Origin: Podarcis pityusensis
Lineage: Eukaryota
Length of the DNA: 64,000 nt
Assembly: GCA_964106645.2 (NCBI GenBank)
Contig: OZ067039.1
Direction: 5' to 3' (one strand)
A model generated the notes under the pieces. That model made no database searches. It worked only from the letters and a program-made list of their open reading frames with translations, and had not been told where the DNA came from. Made by a program: the position numbers and the translations under genes. Shown here in pieces: positions 1-13,050 of this stretch (positions within the stretch are counted from its first letter, which is position 1; every line of letters starts with the position of its first letter).

Positions 1-3000
1 TAATACTAGATTGCTCATTAATGCTTGTACTATATTATATGATGAATCATCAAGTTTTACTGACTCCTGTAAGACGCACTGCTGTGCAGCACCTGGCTCA
101 AATGCTGTTTTTCTCCCTTCAAAATCAGGGAGTGGTAGTGCTTATTATCACAAATGCAAGATCATTAGAATAGATTTAATAATACTGTCCAGTCTGTTCA
201 ACTGTGTCAGCTTAGAAGTATGATAATACTGGCTTGTTGGGACACATTTATGAACGAGTCTTCCAGAGGTTAAAGTTCCATTACGTAGAGAGTTTCTAGC
301 ATGCTTTGTATAATATTGAGTGTACTTGGAACACTTGGGATACTTCATGTGTTAAACTAGTTGGGTAAATTAATTTTTTTGCTTTACTTTTGCTGGTAAG
401 ATACCATAACTGAAATTCATTATTTAAATGTTTTTGTTTTTAATGAACCTTTTATGTAGGTGAACACGTGTAAAACTTTATGAGGAAGCCCATAACAGTA
501 CAATAGTACAAGTAGACTTTGTCCCTAAATAAGAAATGTCACTTTTGTGAAAGAAACATGTATAGGGCACAATGCACTTGTGTGGTGGGCACTTTACCTA
601 CAAACGGAAGATTCCAGTAGTGATTAACAGTTTTGTTCTCTTCTGCCCTTCTCCTCTTACCTCTGTGTGCACACAGATAGGTGATATGACAGGACAGCCA
701 CCTCACATATCCCCATACTGATATTCTATCATCACCTGATGCAAGCACAGCTAACTTGCAATGCATGGAGAGGGAGGACTGGACAGGGATATTGGAAGTA
801 CTTGCAAATCTCCCCCCACCCAATTGACTTGTTCACAAGTGCCATCTCATGGTGCAAATGGATCATACCCATAGTGTTTCAGTAATCCACCTTTTGTAGG
901 GCTGTCTAAAAAGCCCTCTGGTAAAGCAAATGCTGCAAAGATTTCTGCTTCTTGGCAGCAGTGGCCATAATTTGTACAATACTAGCTTTGGCAAATTATT
1001 CCGCTCTCGTAGCACTGTTTTTTCTGCTGCTTGTTATTTTATATATAATTTGCAACATAAACATGATGTAGTTGGAGAATACCAGATTGAACCATGCAGT
1101 GATTGAGAACTATGTGATAGGCTTTGGTTTAAGGTGGCTTTCTTTTATAGCATGTTGCACAAATTAAAAAACTTAATATGGGAGTTTTCTCTATTTAGTA
1201 CTTTATGCTTGAAAATATATGTGTAAGCATCCTGAAGTTTCTGTGCTAAGAAAAAGCTTTGTGCGTTGTAGTAATGATTTCTAAAGCTTAATATTGGCAA
1301 AGGTGATGTGGCAGCTGTTTTTCTATATTTGGGAAATTTGCCCACAACTGATTTGGGAAAAAATGCTACTTGCAAATAAGTCTATAACTTGTATCAAACT
1401 GCTAGTGTATAAATATATATGTATAATTTTCAGCAGCTTCTGGTTTTGGCACTGACTTAGTCGCAAAGTTGCTGCATCATGCCCCTCTGGACCATGCCGG
1501 AGGCTATGTTTCAGTGTAGCCATAACACCAACTCCTGGTTTGGTTCCACAAGAATTTTGCTTGACTTGAATCCAGGTTGCAAACCTCAAAGCAGACTTGT
1601 AATCCTGGTTTCAAGACAAGTGCAAAGCATAATTTTCCAGCTCCCACATAATTAAAAATAATGGTTTGTGATAAAAAGAAAGTCACATTGACTTAGCACG
1701 TATAGGGGGAGGGGAAGTGTGCTAGCACAAGGCTCATGCATGGAATACCAAATCATTGTTTGGCATTATGTGTGAACCAGCCTTGTTCTTGATTACCCAG
1801 AACAATGGATATGACATCCTAAAAGTATAATTGAGCTTTTCAGCTTGCTGTTTGAATTTTGCCTGTAGTATTGGGCAACAGACTGAAGGGTTGTAAGATA
1901 GAAGTGCAACATCAAATGTGATGCCAAATACAATGATATTTTAAATTGTGCTGCTTACAGGAATGTCTTTAAATAATGATGCTACACTGAATGGCAGAAA
2001 CAAGATTTTATCTGAGGAGCTAAGTTCAGTCCAAGGGTGCATATTGAGAATTCTGAAAAGCATTTGTAGGTGGATTACAAAAGTTTGTGGAAGGTACAGT
2101 TGTAGATTATTTATTTTGACAACCTGGTATGGTCAGTGCATGTTTGTGTAGAATCCCACTGTTTTCAATGGGATCAACATCCAAAGAGCATAGTAATGGA
2201 CTTGCTATTAAGGCTGGTGACAAGTAGACTGGTGACTCTCAAACATTGAACGTATTTTGATTTTAAAAAGCAATTTTCTGCATGCAGTTAGGACAAGCGA
2301 AGGTGCTGCATGTCAGAGCTTGATTAGCTAGGAGGAAGTTGTCTTATATCTGAGCTTTGCAATAATGGGATATAGGCCTGTCTGGGAGCTTGCTGGTTTT
2401 TGAGAAAAAGTTGAGAAAGCAGCCATTGCTTTTTGTACATCCATGCTTTGTTTTATGGTAATACAAAAGTAACATAAATTCAGAAAGCGATTGAGTGTTG
2501 TGGTTTCCCCCAACAAGTCCTGGAAATGTGTGTGTCTATAATCTCTGGGACTTTCATAGTTCTACATTTGGATGGCCCCTACAGATTAAGTTACAGCAGA
2601 TTAAAGTGGCAGGCCAATGCATGGTTATTCAGTAGTCAGTGAACAGAGCTTGTTCACAAACATTCTAATGATCAGAATGTAGAGAGTGATCACTGGAATA
2701 GGATAGTGTGATAAATCATTGTTTGACTTGTGAGGTAGTTGCAGGTTCACTTAACACAGATAAGTAATGCTTTAATTGCTGTTCCATCCCAATATGGTGA
2801 TGTGCGAGATGGTCTTCTGTGTTGTTGTTCCCCAAATCTGGAATGTCTTTCTCACTGAAGCTCAGACAGCAGAAACTCTGGTAGTTTCCACTGACTTGTA
2901 GAAGTAACCTGCTTTTCCCAGGCATTTGCAGTAAATCAGTAAGTACTCTCTGGTTTAATTCTCATGCTGTTTCTCAATTAATTATTTTATTATTGGGCTG

Positions 3001-3871
3001 TTTTTAAATCATGGTTAGATTTTTTGCTTTGTTGGAAATCACCCTTGGATCATGTTGATGTGATGAAAGCTGGCGTATAAACTGGAGGACTAAATAAATA
3101 ATAAACAGAATATTTGGATCTTCTAGTCTGGAAAACAGTAGACCGTGCAGAGGAGGTTTATGTGCACTTTACTACTATTGCAACTGATATATAAAAGAAA
3201 CCGCACAATTTTGGATTCTATATTTCTGAGAAGAGCCATTGTGTTGCCTCTGAGGTTGCCTGGTGTATGAATCTGATATGTCACAGTTGCTCAGTCAATT
3301 AGCCAAAAATTTTAAAATCACCTTATGGTTTTCCATGAGTTGAACAAACACATTTTTGTGTCTTGTGGTCTTATAAATTAATATATGAACTATACTTCTT
3401 GAGAAGGTAGCCAAGTGTCCTATTCTCCACCCCTTTTTGCATGATTTTGTAGGATAAGGTGTTCCTCCACAGGGACACACCTTTATTCACCCTAATCTTA
3501 AAAGTTTCCATCCTAATTGTTTTCTGTTTGAAAAGGTTATTAAAATAACATGTGACTCAGCTGACTGCTGCAGAAAAGTGAGAGCTGAAGCGCCCTTACT
3601 TCACTTCAGTTCAACCATGAAACTAATTTTGCTAGTTGTGAGAGAGCTGACCGCAGCATGGTTCCAACCTTTTTTCTGCAACATGTCACAGCATTGTGGG
3701 TGGGAGTAGATAAGGTATCAGCAGCATGTTTTGCCCCTTTCTGTGACATACTGCAGTATTGTTGGCTTTGATTAACTCTCCAGAAATCGTAGGGCTGCAA
3801 CATCCATCATCCCCAACTATTGGCCATGCTGGCTGGGGCTGAGGGAAATTGTGATCTTAAAACATCTAGAG

Positions 3872-4008
3872 TAGGCTTCCTCAACCTCGACCCTCCAGAT
3901 GTTTTGAGACTACAATTCCCATCATCCCTGACCACTGGTCCTGCTAGCTAGGGATCATGGGAGTTGTAGGCCAAAAAATATCTGGAGGGCCGAGGTTGAG
4001 GGAGCCTG
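3872..4008. mobile_element. Palindromic hAT MITE (137 bp), nested in an older MITE
   Basis: Near-whole-length inverted symmetry; TSD atctagag / aactagag. Confidence 0.85.
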
Positions 4009-4599
4009 AACTAGAGGGCACCAGGTAGGGAAAGATGGTTTTAGAGTAAGGGCAGAATTGCAGTGTTGGAATTCATCACCAAATGTACATGCAGCGTACT
4101 CCAAAATTAAAGGATATGTTATTTAAAAAGTTGGTTTAATTATGATCTACTACTCAGGAATGGTTTTTCTTCTTAATGTTTGACAGAAGTCATTTGGGTG
4201 GAATTTCTCCTTTTGAAGTGCATCAAAGGTCATTTATTCCCTTCACTATGCCCTTCAGTTTTATTCTAGACCTTTGCTCTGTGCACTGTTTGTTCAAGAG
4301 AAGCTGTGGAATGTAATGTTTGAGTGAAAACTGATTCACATCACATTGTCTGATCCTCCCTAGAATAATCCTAAATCTCTAGGATTTCCAACTGTAAAGG
4401 CTCTAGTTGCCTCTCATTCAAGTTTTCTACCCTGTTCTTTGGTTTGTTTTAACTGGAACTGTCTGGGCAGTTGCATCCCAAGCCTAAATATGTTTGTTTG
4501 GAAGTGAGTACATTCATTTCTATGTGATTTCCTCCCAAAGTAGCTATGTTTAGGGTTTTAGTCTTATGGTCATTTTAAGATTAATGTATGAATATATTT

Positions 4600-4949
4600 G
4601 GGACGCGGGTGGCGCTGTGGGTTAAACCACAGAGCCTAGGACTTGCTGATCAGAAGGTTGGTGGTTCGGATCCCCGCGACGGGGTGAGCTCCCGTTACTC
4701 GGTCCCCGCTCCTGCCAACCTAGCAGTTCGAAAGCATGTCAAAGTGCAAGTAGATAAATAGGTACCGCTCCGGCATGAAGGTAAACGGTGTTTCCTTGTG
4801 CTGCTCTAGTTCGCCAGAAACGGCTTAGTCATGCTGGCCACATGACCCGGAAGCTGTACGCCGGCTCCCTCGGCCAGTAAAGCAAGGTGAGCGCCGCAAC
4901 CCCAGAGTCAGTCACGACTGGGCCTAATGGTCAGGGGTCCCTTTACCTT
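4600..4949 (+). mobile_element. Full-length Sauria-type SINE
   Basis: tRNA-like head GGGACGCGGGTGGCGCTGTGGG...GGTTCGGATCCC; (ACCTTT)-type tail; 13-bp TSD TATGAATATATTT at 4587-4599 and 4950-4962; CpG-rich, so young. Confidence 0.92.
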
Positions 4950-5488
4950 TATGAATATATTTCCCAAGAACAGTATGCAAGGGTGCTTAATGTTATTTTA
5001 AAAGGAGGGAAATGAAGGATGTTCCCAGTTTAGAAAACATTTTTACATTGAATCTTAATGATAATCAGGGTGGATTGTGACTTCTGCAAACCCTCTTCAA
5101 GTCTCAAACATAAATTACTTTGAATGTAAACAAACTGATAATCACATGTTCTGTTGGTGATTTTTACATGGTAAGAATTGACAGATTTTTGACATTAGAT
5201 GGTGTAAGATGCATTTTTCTTTAAAGCAGTTTTTCCACTAGGCGAAAGTGACATAAAGACAGTAATTGTCTTCTGTAAGAATAGGAATTCTTCATTACCT
5301 GCACCTGTATGAGACTCACGATTCAGTCTCTCGCATTTTAAGTTGAGAATTTTATTAATAGTTATATGGCACTTGTTGCTAAATAAAAATGTATCATATG
5401 CCCCTTTTTAGTAATTCTTGTAACACCTGTAAGATAGGCCAAGGTCTCCCATTTTGCTGATGTAGGGTGTTCGCTGAAATAGGGTGTA

Positions 5489-5684
5489 TCCAACTAACAC
5501 ATCCTGTCAGCACATGCATTTACATTTGCACAATGGAAATTCCCCCTCCTCTTCCCACAACCTCCTCAAATTTCCTTTAAGGGTTAGGAGAACCCCTAGA
5601 ACAGATTTAGGGATCATGCAGGGGGAGGAGAGAAGTTCCATAGCACTGATGGAATCCTTGCACTGATGGGATACATTAGTTGGA
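5489..5684. mobile_element. Old palindromic MITE-like element
   Basis: tccaactaa ... ttagttgga ends with imperfect internal symmetry. Confidence 0.5.
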
Positions 5685-6128
5685 GATCTCCCATAGTTGT
5701 TTTCTTAAAAACACTTAAGTTGAAATTTCAATTGCTGTGGATCAGCTTTTCACTTCACCATATCTTTGAAGGAGCAGGATGGGCCAGTAAATTGGATTTT
5801 ACATTCCCACTCACCCCTGTGTTTTCTGATTGGCCTTTGGCAGGATTAGTGGAGTTGGTGACTCATGAAGCCGTAGCATGTACTATGCAAGTTGGATTTG
5901 TGTACATGCTAATAAATATCTCTGCCTCGGTTCTAGTCAGCAGGACAACAATATTAAGGTGTGACATTTTGAGGAAGCATGTGAGGTGAAGATAATTTTA
6001 TGTGTTTTGCCGACTAAAAGTGACATAGGAATAATAGAAATTTTATAGTGAGTTTGTAGAAGACCTGACTGAAACCTTGCAGAATTGACTTCAACATATC
6101 TCCCTACTCTGAATGCTCCTAGTCAATA

Positions 6129-6337
6129 CAGTTGTACCTCGTGTTGCGTAACCTCCAGGTTACGGAATCTTCGGGCTACGGCCGTTGCAAACCCAGAAGT
6201 GGGTTTGCCGCTCTCACATGCGCAGAAGTGCTCTGTGGCGCCATGCACGTGCACAGAAGCGGTCCTCCGGTTACGGAATTTTTGGGATACAGCCGGGCCT
6301 CTGGAACGGATCCCGTTCATAACCGAAGGTACCACTG
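6129..6337. mobile_element. Tigger/pogo-like MITE
   Basis: TA|CAGTTGTACCTC ... AAGGTACCACTG|TA. Confidence 0.85.
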
Positions 6338-8278
6338 TATTTTGTCTTGGCACAAGATTGCTCCTTCCGGTCTCTTGGGCTACTTGTGTGGTTTTCTTTG
6401 TTTTATAGATAAGTCTTATGATGGGGAGAGCAGGCCAGTTGTGTTGTGTACTGTGATGCATATTATACATTATAGTTAAGGGAAGCTTGCTTGTTAATTT
6501 GGTCATAATTTTGATTTTTCTGGCTTGCTGTGGCTTCCTCAGTTTTGTATTTGAAGGTACATAAATAATTCAATAATTAAATCACTGGCTTAGGAATCCT
6601 GGTATAATGTACCTTTTAAAAACAGAGAAATAACTGAAATCCTGGTGATTGGCTTCATGCAAATGATAGAGACCCACATTTTATTGAGTAGTGAAGGGAT
6701 TAATAGTGAAAAACGGCTTCATATTGTGGCCCTGCAGTGCAGTTGTTTAACCAGCAGTTTCTCTGGTCTGAGCAGAGACAATAGCTGATAGGACCTGGGA
6801 GCTGTGAATTTCACTGTTGAATGAATTGATTAGCTTAGCATTGTGGAATTACTGGTTTATTTGCATAGGAATATATTTTGAAGTGCATGGAGGGAGGCAT
6901 AGGATTTTTCACCAGGAAGAGGGGACTCAAATTTGAATCATTTGGGGAATTTAGTTGTGTCAGTCATCGTTCCCTTTGTGTGGGACTCCACATATGCTAG
7001 TGAGTTTACATGGCAATTGGCTACATTTAAAATATTTTCAACAAAGAAGGATGGTTTCCCAAAGCAGCTGCCAGTTGTCCAATTTAGTGAGTGCAGTCTG
7101 TTTTAATAGGGTGATCTTGTGTGGGTGGTTGTTAGAACTGCATGTCTTAAAATCCAAGAGGCTTGTTCTTGCATCCATAGGGCTAGCTGGTGTTTTTAAG
7201 CTATATGGGCATTATCTTTGGTGAGAATTTGATAGTATGGAAGAGTGATTGGAGGACAATAATGGTAAAGAGGGTGCAGTTGCATAGATATTCAGTGTTA
7301 ATCTGTTAACAGTTTATACTAATTGTTTTGAGCAACATCCTGGAAGTTGAGCTGCAGTTGACCTTTCTTACACTTTGCTTTTTGAAATACTGTTGGCACT
7401 CTAAATGGGCAAGAGTCATTCATCTTGTAGCCATAGCAGGCATTTTTGTCTTACTTATTTTCTGTGTATTCAGTAGTGTCAGTGAAGCACTCATATTTAA
7501 TCAAGTTACTGCAGACTTTAGTTTTGTTAGTTAGTTCACTTGCATATAAAGTTCTCTGAATAAACGTTGCTTACTTTATATGTGGCTTGTACCTAAAACA
7601 AATGGCTCTCATACTCAGTGTTAGAGACTCAAATATATAAGCTAATTCTCAAATGGCACCTTAAACTTGCGTTATGGTTGCCACAATAGAATGTCTAGGT
7701 GCCTTTTTTGCATTGAAGTTTATTATTATTAATTCATTTTTGTACCGCTTTGTATTTTAAAGAACAAATATCTCTTTCCTTGAATTTGTGCACAGAATCC
7801 CTTGTTAGTGTGTAGTAAGAGCCAAGAATGTCCCCCAAAATTTCCTCAGTTATGAATTTACTGGATGGACTTGCAGAGCTGTAAGGAAAGGTTAATGAGA
7901 TAGTCTAGGTAAAGAATGGGCCCGCATTTTGTTCATTCAGTGTCATAAGGCAGTCTAGTAAGGCTAAAACCTGTCATTCTTCTTTTAAGAACAAGGTCCA
8001 CATTAAATGGCATAACAGAGCTTCACTTGCAGTTTCTGTCACAGGTGAAGGTTTGTCTCTTTGGAAATATTTGCTGGTGAAAGAGCAAGATAATCTTTTG
8101 CTAGGTGTGGGACTTCCTTGTCTATGAATGTCACAACTTCTGAAGAGGAACAAGGGCCGACATCTTGCTGCAAAATAGCCCCAGTCTTACTAATATTTGT
8201 GGTGCAGTCTGTGTGAGAAGGTGTTTAGCAGAATGGCTGCTTCCTGTGGCAATCCATTGGAGTGCCCAGTACATATGG

Positions 8279-8414
8279 CAGGCATAGGCAAACTCGGCCC
8301 TCCAGATGTTTTGAGACTACAATTCCCATCATCTCTGACCACTGGTCCTGTTAGCTAGGGATGATGGGAGTTGTAGTCCCAAAACATCTGGAGGGCTGAG
8401 TTTGCCTATGCCTG
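8279..8414. mobile_element. Palindromic hAT MITE (136 bp)
   Basis: TIR CAGGCATAGGCAAACTC; perfect 8-bp TSD ACATATGG; interior nearly identical to 3872-4008. Confidence 0.92.
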
Positions 8415-9274
8415 ACATATGGCATATGACAACTTAGTCTGCTCTCTGCAGGATGTGAGGAGAGGGCGCTTTATGCTAGAGTGAGTTCTTGTAGCATTAT
8501 AGGACTGATACTTTGTATGTGTTCAACAAATGTATCTGTGGGGCTTTCTAAGCATCTACAGTATGTCATGCTTGTGATAAAGTGTCTGGACATTGCTGAG
8601 CTGGTATGGTAGCATGGACATTCTCATTATTCAGAGAGCAAAGCTGTCAGTTCTTGCAGTCCTAAATCTGTGAAGGAAGAAAATGTCATTGATTGGGTGG
8701 ATTTAAAACCTTTTAGACTGTGTAGGCTGTACTAGCTTTGTAGGGTAGACCGAAGTGTGAAGGAGGTCCTGGGCTGTAGAGATGCAAAGTCAGGTTGGTT
8801 AGTGTTGGACCATAATCAAACCCCCCACTATCAAAGTCCTTCTAGCATAACAAAGTCACATTCCCCTCCCCCAAGGCTCACTCATGATAACTATCCATCT
8901 TGTAAAGATTGAGTCCATGCACCCTTATCAAGTGCATTAGTGATTTCAAGCAATCATTAACACCACCATATCTGGCGGAAATAGGGGAAAATAGAGTTGG
9001 ATGTCTGCATACTGGTGGCAGCTTACTCAGTTTCTAGACAGCTTCTCCCATTAGTTCCATGTTGAGACAAGATGTGGAACTTTTATAACTCCTCTGACCC
9101 GGTTATTGTAACTGATAATACATTGCCCTAAACTGTCAAATGTTGCTGTGGTGCTACTACTGTAGTTTAATGGTGGTACCATAACCATTTTTTTCACTTG
9201 GAAAAATGCAGCAGTGGTGTCTTACTGCTTATTGAATACTATTTGTCTAGAATTTATGGTGGTCTGACAAAAAT

Positions 9275-9448
9275 GGGAAACATAGGAAGCTGCCTTACAG
9301 AGTCAGATCACTGGTCCATCTACCTTAATTTGGCAGTGGCTCTCCAGGGTTTTAGAGAGGGAGTTTTCCCCAGCCCCCTAGCCAAAGTTAATAGGGACTA
9401 ATCCTGGGACCTTCTGCATGGATAGCAGATGTTCTGCCACTGAGCTGT
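9275..9448 (-). mobile_element. Degenerate tRNA-derived SINE with CR1-like tail
   Basis: cctgggaccttctgcatg...gttctgccactgagct (rc tRNA head) and aacataggaagctgcctta tail. Confidence 0.55.
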
Positions 9449-9759
9449 AATTGGCCATGGAAAACTGCTTCTTTTGATTGATTGTTCACTCACAATGAAC
9501 TCAGCCGAAATGAAGAATCTGCCCAATGAAAAGTTATTTGAAATCCAAGCTTTTGTGTATCATAGTTTAACTTTTGCCTCTTTTTGTGGTACCAGCACAT
9601 TCGTCAGAATGTACATGCTGCCAGGTTTGTATTATACTCTTTATAGTGATTCTGCAATTACAAAGAGATTTCTGTCAAATCTGTGCATCTTACACTTCTA
9701 TAGAAGATAATTATATTAAGCAGGGTTTTGTTTGCAAATATCATGACTTGAAATGACTA

Positions 9760-10001
9760 CAGTGGTACCTCGGGTTAAGAACTTAATTCGTTCTGGAGGT
9801 CCGTTTTTAACCTGAAACTGTTCTTAACCTGAGGTACCACTTTAGTTAATGGGACCTCCCACTGCCGCTTCACTGCTACCGCACAATTTCTGTTCTCATC
9901 CTGAAGCAAAGGTCTTAACCCGAGGTACTATTTCTGGGTTAGTGGAGTCTGTAACCTGAAGCGTCTGTAACCCGAAGCGTCTGTAACCCTAGGTACCACT
10001 G
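9760..10001. mobile_element. Tigger/pogo-like MITE
   Basis: TA|CAGTGGTACCTCGGGTTA ... TAACCCTAGGTACCACTG|TA; internal 16-bp repeats gtctgtaacc.gaagc. Confidence 0.9.
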
Positions 10002-12430
10002 TATTGTTATCAAACTGTTTCCTGTATAAAAGAGTTCTGTATACTGTGCTCTAAAATACACTTAAGCATCTTTTTAAAAGTTTGAATATTAGAGCAGCTC
10101 AGCTATAAAATTCCCTTATTTTTTTAATTTCTTGAGGAAGCAATAATCTTGCCACCTAATTTACCCAATGACTGTGATACCAGTAGGAAAACAGCACATA
10201 AACGAGCCTCTTAAGGAAGCAATTAAAATACTCTTGCCCTTAATTTGAAGGAGCTGCTATTGTAGAATGCTATTCAAAAAGAGCATTGAAAATAAGTATT
10301 GCAGGTGTGATTGCTTACCCTGTTCCCACTTAGCCTGTTGGAAGCTGGCACCTGCAATAGTCATGGCCAGCTGGGACGGGATAAAAAAAGTCATATCCAT
10401 GAGCACAGTGGGTACGGTTTCCCTTTGTGCCTGCCAGGAGAGAGAGTATGAGTGCAGTTAGATACAGAGGCAGTTGGAATGTTCCTCTGTTTTATCTCAA
10501 GATCTGTGGTTTGTGTGTATGTACTCCTCCCTCCCATATTTTTTTGGTGGGGAGTGAGAGGAGTATGGGGGCTGGAGGTCACTTTTACTTGCTGCACATG
10601 ACCAAATTAAAAGGTTGCTCTAAATTACCATTCAGAAATTAACTTTTGTGGTCGCAGTAATGGCACACTCTTGGAGAATATTAATAATTCAGCCATTCTA
10701 GTAGTAGGTAGAACTCCTGAGAAGTATCTTTGTATGTTTTAGAGAGAAGTTCTACATACTTTCGGAAGAAGCATTAAAAAAGCACGTGATTAAAAATGAT
10801 ACTGACTGGAAGAAGTTTTAATGCTGTCTTTAGCCAAACAGTTGTTGTGAAGTAAGTTAGGTTGAGAGGGGAAAACATCTGGCCCAGTCATTGATGACAT
10901 GGAATTCTCTTTCAATATTTGTTATATGAGGGGGAAACATCTGGCAGAACCATTATTGGGACAATAAAGTACTGCAAACACTCCATGTGTGACCAGCATC
11001 AAAACTGGAGGGTGCTCAGGTGCTGTAGGCTATCCTTAGCATAATCTATCTTGTCCCAGTTTGTCCTCCCAGTGGTACTTTTATGTGACGCATGGCTACA
11101 TAATGAGAAAATTCAATAGGACTGCTGCAGTACAAAAATGCTGCCTCTTCTTTACAGATAACTGATTTGTACAGTATTGAAAGTTCTCCCTATAGTTAGT
11201 CACAGGTGTTGTGCAAACGAAAAATATATTTCCTTGTTTGATTGCAGTGCCTTCTTTCTAACTGGAATGGCCATTGAAAGGCTTAGCTTAAACTGAGTGT
11301 CAAGTCTGTTGGCCTCCGTATATCCTGTAGTGCCTAGAGGTGACAGGTTTCCTTCATTTGCTGGCGGAAGGGCAGTGAAGCAGTATATCTGGTTCATTGT
11401 ATCTCCCTCCCCATGGCTCTGTGTGTCTAACAGTATCACTTAAGGCTTACTGGTGATTAAAAGGCAGAGCACAGGAGCTGGGTCACCAGCTGCTTCACTG
11501 GACTGATAAATGGGCATTACTTTTCTCTTGTTCATTCTTAATCCACCTAGTACTTTCTCCACACTGACAGTGGGGCACTTGGTCTTGTGGATCAGGCAAG
11601 GATTTTGCTACTTATCCAATTTGCACAGTTATCAGGAGGGTGGGGGCTATGATAGGGAATGTCCCGTTCTCTCCAGGTACAGATAAGTCGCTGAGAGAAA
11701 AAGCAGCTGTGACCTTTTATTTTTGTAATATACACCTGTATATATGTTAGCCTTCTTAGTAAGTTCCCAAAAGTTACTAGCCTGCATTTTCTTTTTATTT
11801 GTCTGTTTTACCTCAAATGGGGAATTTCCCTAAAAATCAGGCCGGTGAATTCCCCCTCTCCCCAAGCTGGTCTGGAAATGCAGCAGGTTGGTGGAGGAGG
11901 CATGGATTGCTACCTGTCCGCTTGATTTCAAATTGGACATGCAAGAAGGGGCTTTGCTTCCTCTATGTCCAGCTTAGAAGCACAGATGGCTGGTGGATTG
12001 CTCCATTCCTCCATATCTTGAGTGTTGTGCTTCTGCTTCTCTTCCTTTGTGGCCTGGGCGGAAGCCAAGTGGACTTGTGAAAGATGGACAGATTGCTCTG
12101 CTCCTCCTTTGCCAGACTACACACGGGTGTGGAGACAAGATTCCACGTTCTCTCTCTGGTCGCCAGTGGCATCCAGATGAGTGGTTAAATGCAAGACTGG
12201 TGTATATGTTTTATCGCAGTAGTAATTGTTGGAATAAATCTTTTCATATTTATTTTCAAATCTTAGAGCCAAGTTCAGCAGTTTGGCTTTTGTTGCAGGT
12301 TGGGTCAGGTTAAAACTGTAGCATCTTTATGGCTAACTGTTTCATTGTGTTTTTAAATGTTTGCTTGCAGGTAAATTTACTCAAATCAAAGTTTGGACAT
12401 AATAGCTACCATAGCTTAACCTCTCAACCT

Positions 12431-12431
<1 letters not shown>

Positions 12432-12464
<33 letters not shown>

Positions 12465-12468
12465 TGTG
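12432..12468. repeat. (CT)n(GT)n microsatellite
   Basis: Direct reading. Confidence 0.95.
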
Positions 12469-12789
12469 TTAAAATGAGCTAGCAGCACTGCTGTTTTAAA
12501 ACAAATTGCACAAGCCTATACTTGAATTGCAGCATGCGTGAATGTCATATCACTTGATTATAAACTGAATCTTAATGCACTGTATTGCCTAACACAAAAT
12601 AAGAAGGGATTGTGAGCCATCTTTTGATCTGTATATGTTTAAAATTGATATTGCACCAGCTGTATTTGAAATTCGCCGGGCACCAGTCACAATTTGTGAC
12701 TGCCAACCGGCATTTTGCAACTGGATGGAGATGTCCGGATGCCATCCTTGGTGCCTATCATCTCCCCCTGCCTGGTTGCAGTCAGCTGG

Positions 12790-13050
12790 TCTGCCAGGCA
12801 CAGCGGCAGCAAAAGAGGCACATCTTTTGCTACCACGCTATGCCGCCAAACGCCTGATTTGCCCGGCAGCGCAGCAGCAAAAGATGCATCTTTTGCAGCC
12901 ATGCTATCCTGCGTACCACCTGATTCACTTGGCAGCAAGTATTTTTTTTTCTGCTGCTGTTCTGCCGGGTGAATCAGGTGTTTGGCAGGGTAGCGCGAGA
13001 TGTGTCTTTTGCTGCTGCGCTACCCTGCAGACCATCTGATTCGCCCGGGA
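12790..13050. repeat. Composite repeat of ~65-70 bp units in direct and inverted orientation
   Basis: Palindromic gcaaaagatgcatcttttgc core and cctgatt.gcccggcag motif recur, and recur inverted (ctgccgggtgaatcagg). Confidence 0.7.

Noticed and set aside
11993-12313. Alternative coding first exon
   Set aside because: No similarity to recalled LARP1 N-termini and no convincing phase-1 donor.
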